From: a virus
Length of the DNA stretch: 64,000 nucleotides
Direction: 5' to 3' (one strand)
Virus record (IMG/VR): IMGVR_UViG_3300025117_000042
Coordinates: 1-64,000 of that record
The notes under the pieces: model-generated
Database searches by the model: none
What the model was told of the DNA's origin: nothing
What the model saw: the letters and a program-made list of their open reading frames with translations, nothing else
Shown here: positions 55,328 to 64,000 of the stretch, one piece after another
How the letters are laid out: each line of letters begins with the position of its first letter
Numbering within the stretch: position 1 is the stretch's first letter
Program-made: the position numbers and the translations under genes

Positions 55328-56434
55328 ATGGCGAACTTTGAAATAAAAGACTTTGAACTGCTGAAAGCAAGTCTATTAAACTATATTTTTTATTCAGACA
55401 ACTCTCTCACTGACTTCAACGTAGGGGCGGTTATGCGCTGCTTGCTTGAGGCAGTAGCTCAGGAGGAGGAAGAAACCTACTTCAGGCTCTGGCAAGGGGT
55501 ACAAAAAGCTATTCAAGAATCTATCCTGTTCGCATTCAATTTTGTACCAACACAGGGTACATATGCATCAGGTATGGTGACATTCGGAAGGGACAACGCA
55601 GCTTCCACAGATATAGTCATTCCAGCTGGAACTGTTGTAGCATCTGCTGCCGGTAACACATATAAGACTCTGGCTGATGCAACAATCGCACTAGGCACCT
55701 ACTCAATAGATGCTACTGTAATTGCCACAACCTATGGATCAGCTTACAACATTTTCTCACCAAACACTGTACTCAATATTACAAAACCTATGTATGGTGT
55801 CAGTTGGGCCAAAACAGCTTCCACCATAGCTGGAGGTACTGATACAGAGAGCCAATCATCGTTGTTCTATCGGTTCACTCAATACATTGATTCATTGTCC
55901 AGGGGAACTATAGCCGCTATACAGTACGGGGCATCTCTGGCTGAGCTGGTAGATGCCGGTGGCAACACCACTGAGCGGGTCATCAGGGTAAAAGCATATG
56001 ACTTCCCTAATAACCTGGGATATGTGGACTGCTACATCGACAACGGATCAGGCACAGCTTCCGGTGGTCTGGTTACTAGAGCACAACAGATAATAGATGG
56101 ATATACAAACAGTGATGGTATACTGGTTGAAGGTTATAAAGCAGCTGGAGTTAAAGTAGTAGTGTCACCGGTTCAGCCTGTTGCAATAGATATGGTGTTG
56201 ACATTAAGTGCAGATGATTTCTATGGTGTTAAGCCCTATGTAGAGTCTGCTGTGAGTTATTACTTTTCAAAATTGGATATAGGACAGCCTGTTAACTATG
56301 AAAAGCTGATAGCTGATACGTTCTATTCAAACTCTGGTGTAAAAGATATTACAATATCCACACCGAATGCTGACATTTCTATTGGAACACATGAAATTGC
56401 GATACTTGGGACTTTAACGATAGTAGCTGCCTAA
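55328..56434 (+). CDS. baseplate J-like wedge protein
   Basis: LTDFNVGAV.R.LLEA, IPAGT, GGTDTE, RGT..AI, KAAGV. Confidence 0.92.
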   Translation: MANFEIKDFELLKASLLNYIFYSDNSLTDFNVGAVMRCLLEAVAQEEEETYFRLWQGVQKAIQESILFAFNFVPTQGTYASGMVTFGRDNAASTDIVIPAGTVVASAAGNTYKTLADATIALGTYSIDATVIATTYGSAYNIFSPNTVLNITKPMYGVSWAKTASTIAGGTDTESQSSLFYRFTQYIDSLSRGTIAAIQYGASLAELVDAGGNTTERVIRVKAYDFPNNLGYVDCYIDNGSGTASGGLVTRAQQIIDGYTNSDGILVEGYKAAGVKVVVSPVQPVAIDMVLTLSADDFYGVKPYVESAVSYYFSKLDIGQPVNYEKLIADTFYSNSGVKDITISTPNADISIGTHEIAILGTLTIVAA

Positions 56435-56449
56435 AGGAGATAGAAAGCT

Positions 56450-59400
56450 ATGGCTGTATACACACTTCCGATCAACAGGAATAGTACTTGGCAGGGTAAT
56501 GCAGGGGTTAAGAATGACATTCCCTCAAGAACCACTATCTATACCACTGTAAGCCCTTCCAATGACACTTCAGGGGCTACTGACTTTACTAATATAAACA
56601 CAGCTCTAGCTAACTGCCCACAGAATCAAGTGGTTAAACTTGCTGCTGGTACGTTCTACACCAATGCTTTTATCAAAGTACCGAGTAATAAAACTCTACG
56701 TGGCAACGGGATGGGATCTACTGTATTGCGAGGTGTTGGTGGTAGCAATATTACGGCTATTGTAGGTTTTGATGGTGGGATGTATCAGGATGCAAACGGT
56801 ATTAACGTTACTTCAGGTTACACAAAAGGTTCCACTCAAATTGTAACTGCTACAGCTACTGGCTGGGCTGTTGGAGATATATTTCTATTAGATGAAATAA
56901 TGGATGCCGGAGGCGATCCTCCTGTAACTAATACCGGGAGCAACGGAACGGCTACCTGGAACGCAAGAGATGGAAACCGATGCTTAGGGCAAGTAAACTC
57001 AGTAGCTGCTATTAACGGTAATACTATTACTTTGGATGTTCCTTTACACTGGAACTTTAGCACATCCAGGGTGCCACAGGTTATCAGGTACAACGCTCCA
57101 GTAAAATTAGCGGGTATAGAAGCTTTGACGGTAGATAATGCTGCTGATGCTACCAAACATGAAACAGGTGATCCTGCTAATATAAGTTTACTTGGGTGCT
57201 CTAACTGTTGGTGTTTAAACGTAGAATCCAAAAACATCTATCAGTGTCACTTTAGGCTCAGGAGGAACTTTAGAACTACTATCAGAGGATGCGCTTTCTA
57301 TGGGCATCTTGTTAGTGCTTCTAATAGATATGGAGTATGGCTTGGGCCAGCTGGATCTTGTCTGGTAGAAAACTGTATATCTTATCAGCTGTCTCCTGCT
57401 ATCACAATGGCCTATGCTATTATGGGCAATGTAATTGGTTATAACTGGCTGCACTGGATGGATGGGGAATCTTCCGGTTGGGCTGCAAACTGTATCAGTA
57501 TCCACGGCGGTCACTGTGCATTTAATCTAATAGAAGGTAACATTATTGAAGGTAGGATATCTGCTGATAACGTATGGGGAAGCGGAAGTCATACTGTATA
57601 CCTTCGTAATAGAGTGTATCTTGATAGCAGAAGATTTCAAACAGGTAACTGCGGAGCTTTTGACCTTGAGTTCCAGTATAACAGTCTGTATTACTCAACA
57701 ATAGGTAATGTCATAGGGCAAGGTTCTGAGGGTTATGTTCTATTAAATGGGGTAGACATAATTGAAGGCTCAAGAAGTATCTATCGTACTGGTTACGTTT
57801 ATGATAGTGATAACGGTGCTTCTGGAAATAACCCCAATGTATTCACTACACTACTACGACATGGTGATTGGAATATAAAAGACAACGCTGTAATCTGGAA
57901 TGGTGTTGATTCACATGAGCTTCCAGTTTCACTGTATCTTACCGCCAAACCTGCATGGATGGGATCTGCAATATCATTTCCTTCAATTGGGCCTGATGTT
58001 ACTCCAATGTATCCTACTCCTCCTACTGACAACACTATATTTCCATTTACATCTTCAGGAGGTGGTGGTTCTCTACTAAATCTTTATGTTGCTACAACAG
58101 GAAGTGATACAGCCGGGAATGGATCAAGCTCTTCACCTTATGCATCTCTGTCTAAGGCATGCTCAGTGGCTACAGCTGGTTATACAATCAATGTAGCTGC
58201 CGGAAATTATACTGATTACTCTCGTTGTAATATAGTTCCAGGTGTAAACGTTGTTGGAGCTGGTAAACAGAGTACTATTATAAACTGTCGTGTTGGAACT
58301 TCTTCTGACAGTTATTATTTCAATGCCAGAACAAGTGGCTCTTTAGGACATAACATCTCAGGTATTACCTTCATGGGCGGGACAAGTATAAGCAGCAGAT
58401 CTTGTTCGGCTGTAGGTAGTTTCTGGAAGCGCAACAACGTTATATTACATGACTGTGACTTTAAGTACTTTTCAGGCACCAACACAGGCTTCTGTCTTGA
58501 GTTCCTGGGTGCTGCATCCTGGTCTGGTGAGGTCAGTGATACCTCTCCTCCTACTATGTGGCAGAGCGGCTGTCAGGTTTATAACTGTAGTTTCATAGGA
58601 TGTGACTATGCTTCACAGTATACTGCCGCTTTCCGTGGTAGTGCTCTGAAGGACATGGTAGTTCATGACTGTATCTTTGATGAACGTGGTACAGGTGGTT
58701 ACGGCATGAAACTGTCTAATCCTGGCTGGCTTAACAACTGTAAGTTCTATAATAACCAACATTTTGTTGATCCCTTTGGTGGTAGAGATGAGTCATTAAA
58801 CATAGAATTGTGGAACCTTGTAAATAACTCTGAGATGTATGGTTGCCAGTTTACTAACGGTTATATTTCCTTGGTTCGTGGGCAGCTTCTTGGTGGAACA
58901 AGATCTTTCTATGTTCATGACAACATACTTACCGATATGATTGCCAATGAGTTTGCTGTACCTGAGATGACTGTATATAAAAATATTATCAAAGGGTATG
59001 GAACTACATCTAACTACGATAACTGTTCAGGCTTAAGAGTATGGAGTCCTTATCCAGCTGTAACATACTTCAGTAACATGATCTTTTGTTACAACCAGTT
59101 TTATGATGGTCACACCGGTTCTCCTGCTATAGGATTTACTAACAACAATGGATCTGTAACTTGTGTTAATGCGCTTATATTCAATAATACATTTAATAAT
59201 ACAGGCCCAGCCTTCGATAACTCTATCTCAAGCTTACAGAATTTAAAGTTTTGTAATAATATAGTTACAAGTTGCGCTGGTGGTGTCAACAACAGGGGAG
59301 GGCTTGCTGGTGTTGATGTACATAATAACTGCTTTAACTCTAATAGCTATAACTGGAATCTTGCTGGAGCTTCTGGTCAGAGTATTGTAGCCAATTTAGT

Positions 59401-62098
59401 GAGTGTAAGTCCTCTGTACGTGGATGCTACAAACAAAAACTTTGCTTTGCAAGTGACTTCTCCATGTATTGATGCAGGTAAAGACATGGGTAGAGGCTAT
59501 CCATTCGTAGGCTCAGGCTATGATATCGGAGCTAAGGAATATGGTTATGTTGAACCAGATCCTGAAGAGCCGCCTGAAGAGCCTGAAGATCCTGAAGCTC
59601 CTACAGCTGGAGCTATGTACTACGTAGACTTCGTAAGCGGTTCTGATAGTAACAATGGAACCTCTACTGGAACTCCTTTCCAACATTGCCCTGGTGACTC
59701 AGCGGCTACTGGATCAGCTGCTAGTACTGCTCTTGCAGCTGGTGACACTGTAGTTTTCAAGAAAGGTGTAACGTATAGACCTAATCTTATTACTATAGCC
59801 AATGAGGGAAGTACAGTTTGCACTGGAACAACAGGAATGCTCACATCATCTGGAGTATTCACTGATGCTTCTGGAACGTTTGTAACCAGTGGAATTAAAG
59901 TAGGTGATTATCTGTATATCTGGCATAGTCTTGATAGCATGATAAACAACTATGTAGAGGAATGTGGGCTTTACAAAATAACTGCAATAGGTAGTAATAC
60001 TCAGCTCACTATCACAGGATACTCAGGCCCTGGTTATAATGCTGTAGCCACCATCTCCTACACTGTATGCAGACCTATTACATATAAGTCTTTGGCAGCT
60101 TGGGGTACTGGTTATGCTACTATAACAGGTGATATGAATGCCAGCGGTACAGTAGATTCTGGTGATAAGTTGAAGCTTATAGAGTTGAATGGTAAGAACC
60201 ACATCAGGTTTGAGGATCTTCGATTCAACTTGTGTAATACAGATACTAACGTAACTACAGCAGCAATTGCTAATACTGTCGGTGATGCTCTTTACTTACA
60301 GTTGATCGGGTGTACTTTTGACAACATCAAGTCAAGCAGTGTGTATACTGGACGGTCGATGTATACAATTTGTATCGGTAACATTTGTTCTAATATAGGA
60401 TTTAATGCTCTCCCTCCAGGTGGGGAAGGTTGTCTGTATGAGTACAACATGATTTCCGGCCCAGGTTGTCGCAGTGGCTGCTATGGATTGAGATACAGTA
60501 TTACACGTTATAATACAATAAAGGATCTTACAACTGCCTGGAACTCAAACGTACCTTACGCAATCGGGCCTATTGATGCGGGGTCACTGAACAACGGATG
60601 GTGGGGGTGGGTACATGGGAACTTTATTGATAATTGTACTTATGGTGTGGTTCTGCCTAACAATTCCAACAAACCGGCCAAAGAATGGGTAATTCATAGT
60701 AATGTATTCGTAGGCAGGATGGAACAGACCGGATTTGGGACAGCAGCAATTCTTTTATCTGGTTCAGCTGATGTAGGGATCTATAATAACACTATCTATG
60801 GCTCAGCTGGTAAAGGCTGGATAGATGGTATTAAGATGGAAGCTTCAGGATCTTATAACTGTTCTGGAACTGACATTAAAAATAACATCTTCTATCATAT
60901 GATCGGTGTGTCAAGTCCTGCAAGGCAGATGATTAACGTTGCTGCTAATCAATCTACCGGTTTGGTGAGTGACTACAACCACTATTACACTGACAATCCT
61001 ACTCCGTTCATATACGAAGGCGATCCTAAAGCTTTAGTTCAGTGGAAGGCTCTCAGCTTCGATGTACACGGTGTACATTCATTGCTGGATATAAATGCTA
61101 ACCCAAACTTTGTTAATACAAACCTCAGTAACTTGAGCCTTGCTTTACAGTCCTCAAGTCCTGATATATCGAAAGGTATCAGCTGTGCTACAGCCTTTAC
61201 TAAAGATATATTAGGTAACAAACGTGCTATTTGGGATACTGGTGCTTATATGTACGGTGCTAGTACTCCTCCAGGTGCTGTTGGTGCTGGTCAGAACAGG
61301 ATCAGATACAGTGTTGACGATTGTACTACCTACTCCTGGTCAGTATCTACAGGAACCAAAGCGATCATGTCTTCTGCTAATATACAGATACTTGATGGCG
61401 ATCAGTATGCTACCAACATGGTTGACTTTGCCAATAAGGGAATGATGATACATTTCCCCGGTAACTTGTCTATTAACAATATAAAGCTTAAGTTCAACCA
61501 AAGCAGCACATCGTTGAAGATCGAAACCTCAGCTGACTCTACCGATGGTTTTGATGGAACCTGGACTACCTTGATAAACAACGGTAGCTATCTGACTCCG
61601 AACTACACTATGTACGGGATGAATGATACTGTTTGTACTTGGGTAAGGGTATCTAATACAAACGGTGGAACCATCTACTGTGCTCATATCTTTGGTACAT
61701 ACACTGTACCTAAGATAGAGGTGTGGAGAGCTGATAAGACGCAGGAATTCACGGCAGATTACCCTCTGTCATTCCCAAACATACCGGACAGTTCAAACTT
61801 CTCCAGCTATGTTGATTTCAAGATTCTGAATAAAGACTCAGTGCCTCACTCATATCAATTGACTGTAGGAGCGGTTAAATATAACGGTGACGTTATAATA
61901 ACAAACTACTTCAAACTATCACTTGATAATGGTGTAACAAAAGCAACAACAGTTATCGCAAAGAGTGAAGCTAACGTATCTGTAGCAGTTCCTTCAAATG
62001 GTTATTCACAGACAGTAAGAATCTACGCAGATATACTTAAGACTCAGAACCCGGCTGATGGTTATCACTACTTCACAATAGCTATAGAAGAGGTGTAA
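56450..62098 (+). CDS. giant receptor-binding/depolymerase protein with three tandem beta-helix modules
   Basis: NTALANCP..QVVKLAAGTF; LYVATTGSD..GNGS...PY; YYVD..GSDSNNGTS..TPF; DIGAKEY and DTGAYMY module ends. Confidence 0.8.
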   Translation: MAVYTLPINRNSTWQGNAGVKNDIPSRTTIYTTVSPSNDTSGATDFTNINTALANCPQNQVVKLAAGTFYTNAFIKVPSNKTLRGNGMGSTVLRGVGGSNITAIVGFDGGMYQDANGINVTSGYTKGSTQIVTATATGWAVGDIFLLDEIMDAGGDPPVTNTGSNGTATWNARDGNRCLGQVNSVAAINGNTITLDVPLHWNFSTSRVPQVIRYNAPVKLAGIEALTVDNAADATKHETGDPANISLLGCSNCWCLNVESKNIYQCHFRLRRNFRTTIRGCAFYGHLVSASNRYGVWLGPAGSCLVENCISYQLSPAITMAYAIMGNVIGYNWLHWMDGESSGWAANCISIHGGHCAFNLIEGNIIEGRISADNVWGSGSHTVYLRNRVYLDSRRFQTGNCGAFDLEFQYNSLYYSTIGNVIGQGSEGYVLLNGVDIIEGSRSIYRTGYVYDSDNGASGNNPNVFTTLLRHGDWNIKDNAVIWNGVDSHELPVSLYLTAKPAWMGSAISFPSIGPDVTPMYPTPPTDNTIFPFTSSGGGGSLLNLYVATTGSDTAGNGSSSSPYASLSKACSVATAGYTINVAAGNYTDYSRCNIVPGVNVVGAGKQSTIINCRVGTSSDSYYFNARTSGSLGHNISGITFMGGTSISSRSCSAVGSFWKRNNVILHDCDFKYFSGTNTGFCLEFLGAASWSGEVSDTSPPTMWQSGCQVYNCSFIGCDYASQYTAAFRGSALKDMVVHDCIFDERGTGGYGMKLSNPGWLNNCKFYNNQHFVDPFGGRDESLNIELWNLVNNSEMYGCQFTNGYISLVRGQLLGGTRSFYVHDNILTDMIANEFAVPEMTVYKNIIKGYGTTSNYDNCSGLRVWSPYPAVTYFSNMIFCYNQFYDGHTGSPAIGFTNNNGSVTCVNALIFNNTFNNTGPAFDNSISSLQNLKFCNNIVTSCAGGVNNRGGLAGVDVHNNCFNSNSYNWNLAGASGQSIVANLVSVSPLYVDATNKNFALQVTSPCIDAGKDMGRGYPFVGSGYDIGAKEYGYVEPDPEEPPEEPEDPEAPTAGAMYYVDFVSGSDSNNGTSTGTPFQHCPGDSAATGSAASTALAAGDTVVFKKGVTYRPNLITIANEGSTVCTGTTGMLTSSGVFTDASGTFVTSGIKVGDYLYIWHSLDSMINNYVEECGLYKITAIGSNTQLTITGYSGPGYNAVATISYTVCRPITYKSLAAWGTGYATITGDMNASGTVDSGDKLKLIELNGKNHIRFEDLRFNLCNTDTNVTTAAIANTVGDALYLQLIGCTFDNIKSSSVYTGRSMYTICIGNICSNIGFNALPPGGEGCLYEYNMISGPGCRSGCYGLRYSITRYNTIKDLTTAWNSNVPYAIGPIDAGSLNNGWWGWVHGNFIDNCTYGVVLPNNSNKPAKEWVIHSNVFVGRMEQTGFGTAAILLSGSADVGIYNNTIYGSAGKGWIDGIKMEASGSYNCSGTDIKNNIFYHMIGVSSPARQMINVAANQSTGLVSDYNHYYTDNPTPFIYEGDPKALVQWKALSFDVHGVHSLLDINANPNFVNTNLSNLSLALQSSSPDISKGISCATAFTKDILGNKRAIWDTGAYMYGASTPPGAVGAGQNRIRYSVDDCTTYSWSVSTGTKAIMSSANIQILDGDQYATNMVDFANKGMMIHFPGNLSINNIKLKFNQSSTSLKIETSADSTDGFDGTWTTLINNGSYLTPNYTMYGMNDTVCTWVRVSNTNGGTIYCAHIFGTYTVPKIEVWRADKTQEFTADYPLSFPNIPDSSNFSSYVDFKILNKDSVPHSYQLTVGAVKYNGDVIITNYFKLSLDNGVTKATTVIAKSEANVSVAVPSNGYSQTVRIYADILKTQNPADGYHYFTIAIEEV

Positions 62099-62101
62099 TC
62101 A

Positions 62102-63388
62102 ATGGCAAAGCTCAATATATCCGGTAAGTCAATACTTACTCCGCAAGATCAAACTAAGTTTTCTATTACAGGTTTTGCGATAGCTCTTAACTCATACACC
62201 ACAACTACAGGAACTCCAGTAGCTCCTCTAGGTGTGAGTGCCATAGGTCAGAACAACCAAGTAAGACTGTCTTGGAGTCCTGTACCTCAAGCGGTATCGT
62301 ATAACGTGTACTGGTCAACCATCTATGGGGTAACTCCAGTAAGCGGTTACAAACTGGCTTCTGTAAATTCTCCATACATACATGTAGGTCTAATAGCAAA
62401 CACAACATACTTCTATTGTGTAACTGCTGTGAACGATATAGGTGAGGGGCCAGCTTCTAGGCAGGTTCATGCTACTACAGCTCAATCGGGAGTGGTTAAA
62501 CCGCCGCTCCCTCCTCCTCCAACTCCGTCTACAGCGGTAACATATCCTGTCAGTCCGATAAATCTAGTAGAAAACTTACCTTCATACTTTGACAAGGACA
62601 GTTACCCTACACCGGTTTTCAGGGTACTGGATGAGAGGGTAAACCATGTCAGGGTTGCTCCTGACTTAAAGAGTATCATTGTACGTCTGCCTGAAGCTGA
62701 GACAGAGATTGATATTGTAGGGAAGACCATAGGACAGATAGCTCAAGCTGTGAGAGATGCAGGGTTTCAGGTCGAGGCGATAAACCTGGAGTATGACAAC
62801 CTGAAGAACCACACTCTCACCAATGGGCCTACGATCAGTAACACAGTGTACTTTGAGACTTCTTTTAATAGAAGAATCTGTGCTTCCATAGAGCAGTTTT
62901 TGATGAGTAACATTAGCGATTTCATAGCTGGAAAGGATGAAATCTATTTCTCAAGATCTGATAACGACTGGTTGACTCTCTGGTGCAGGTACTTTGGATT
63001 TGGGAGACTAACAGCTGAGGATGATGCTGTACTGTTTCGTAGAGCCTTAGCAGGTATATCTGCTATTAAAATAAACGAGAAAGCTCTTATCAAATTGATG
63101 CTTTCTCAGCTAGGTTATTCAGTAACAATAACGGATGAGTACCCTACAATAAGGAATACTTTCGGGATAAAGTTTCAAGGTGTAGATATATCAAAACTTC
63201 CACAGGTAGATATAGATGCTATAATAGACGTTGTGAATAGGTATAGAGCAGCTGGTTGTTTTCCTATATACTATATTCAGAGCGGTTATTTGCACACTAA
63301 CACTGTGGGAGAAACCACGAATAATTCTCAGTGGAGAACAGCCCCAGGCAGTGTTCTGTACATACCGATAGTATTACAGCACTCATAA
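62102..63388 (+). CDS. baseplate wedge (gpI-like) protein with N-terminal FN3 domain
   Basis: V.LSWSPV..A.SYNVYW...YFYCVTAVN..GE (FN3); poly-Pro linker; WL..W..YFG..R...E.D, RAAG. Confidence 0.8.
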   Translation: MAKLNISGKSILTPQDQTKFSITGFAIALNSYTTTTGTPVAPLGVSAIGQNNQVRLSWSPVPQAVSYNVYWSTIYGVTPVSGYKLASVNSPYIHVGLIANTTYFYCVTAVNDIGEGPASRQVHATTAQSGVVKPPLPPPPTPSTAVTYPVSPINLVENLPSYFDKDSYPTPVFRVLDERVNHVRVAPDLKSIIVRLPEAETEIDIVGKTIGQIAQAVRDAGFQVEAINLEYDNLKNHTLTNGPTISNTVYFETSFNRRICASIEQFLMSNISDFIAGKDEIYFSRSDNDWLTLWCRYFGFGRLTAEDDAVLFRRALAGISAIKINEKALIKLMLSQLGYSVTITDEYPTIRNTFGIKFQGVDISKLPQVDIDAIIDVVNRYRAAGCFPIYYIQSGYLHTNTVGETTNNSQWRTAPGSVLYIPIVLQHS

Positions 63389-63402
63389 AGAGGACATGAC
63401 AA

Positions 63403-64000
63403 ATGATAAAGGGAATCAACTGGACAGGCAATTACTCGCGCTTTGGCTACGATGAGGCTGATAATTATCTCATGGTGCTAAAAGAAATGGGTGTACCTGT
63501 TCCTGATGACGAATTCAATGCTATGCAGGAGATGCAGCTTACCTATCTGCGTAGAATAGCTTACATGATCGTTGGTGATGGTACGAATGACAATGGCTTT
63601 CTATGTGTAGGCACCGGAGCTGCAAACAACTTTACTATAAAAGCCGGTAAACATCTATTAGACGGTTGGTACATAGCTAACTCAATAGACTGTACTTACA
63701 CGACTCAACCTAATACACAGCCAGCATTGACAACACCTAGCGGTGCTCGTCAAGACAATGTGTACCTTGATATTTGGTATGATGAAATAAACGATCTTGC
63801 CGATCCAGATATCAAAGATCCTACTCTCAACATCAGAACCTCCTGCCGACTCAAACTTAATTGGGCTGTTAAAGTGGCTGAAGCTAATAGCACAATGTCA
63901 AACTACTCTGACAGTAACCAGAGGTATCATTGGGTTACATTGATAGCTATCCTAAATAGATCTGCTTCAACTGCTATTGATGCCAGTATGGTTACTGACA
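63403..64000 (+). CDS. tail fibre/baseplate protein, DUF6519-like N-terminus (runs off the window)
   Basis: own translation MIKGINWTGNYSR...MGVPVPDDEFNAMQE; GAGGA RBS; no stop seen. Confidence 0.7.
   Translation, partial: MIKGINWTGNYSRFGYDEADNYLMVLKEMGVPVPDDEFNAMQEMQLTYLRRIAYMIVGDGTNDNGFLCVGTGAANNFTIKAGKHLLDGWYIANSIDCTYTTQPNTQPALTTPSGARQDNVYLDIWYDEINDLADPDIKDPTLNIRTSCRLKLNWAVKVAEANSTMSNYSDSNQRYHWVTLIAILNRSASTAIDASMVTD

Noticed and set aside
28-62408. Many minus-strand and nested alternative-frame ORFs in the track (e.g. 27503..28252, 45316..46014, 29140..29619)
   Set aside because: They are shadows of well-supported + strand genes, with no RBS or recognisable motif
1-64000. Alternative genetic code, DGR, integrase or host assignment
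   Set aside because: Long genes read intact in code 11; no reverse transcriptase, TR/VR pair or recombinase seen; host cannot be inferred from this window

Overview
The window is a 64-kb piece of a large contractile-tailed (myovirus) dsDNA phage genome; every credible gene is on the + strand. From 1 to ~12.5 kb is an early/accessory region of small ORFs, including a Thg1-like guanylyltransferase, MazG-like protein, metallophosphoesterase, Pol-beta-type nucleotidyltransferase, many CxxC micro-proteins, and a repeated sigma70-like promoter. From 21.6 to 64 kb is a morphogenesis module in SPO1/Twort/A511 (Herelleviridae)-like order: portal, prohead protease, scaffold, major capsid, fibre/spike genes, neck, sheath, tube, chaperones, tape measure with SLT, baseplate and receptor-binding proteins. 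No terminase lies in the window. The most striking signal is a set of five genes around the portal (12589, 15770, 18982, 23119, 24123). Their products carry a shared tag: a hydrophobic strand, then [ILVF]-x-K|[SAG], then a basic beta-hairpin. One hairpin, KS[DEY]YxR[VI]xxG[KR]L[EQ][HY]VHDxR, occurs six times, each time in front of a different domain. The K|S/A site matches the inferred maturation site in the capsid protein and eight sites in the scaffold. The tagged domains resemble a T3-type SAM lyase, a HipA/PI3K-like kinase, two ADP-ribosyltransferase folds, a JAB domain, a helical glycosylase-like domain and an HD hydrolase. I infer a modular system for loading effector polyproteins into the capsid, cutting them with the prohead protease and delivering them with the DNA. 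All family assignments come from motif recognition by eye; no database search was run.
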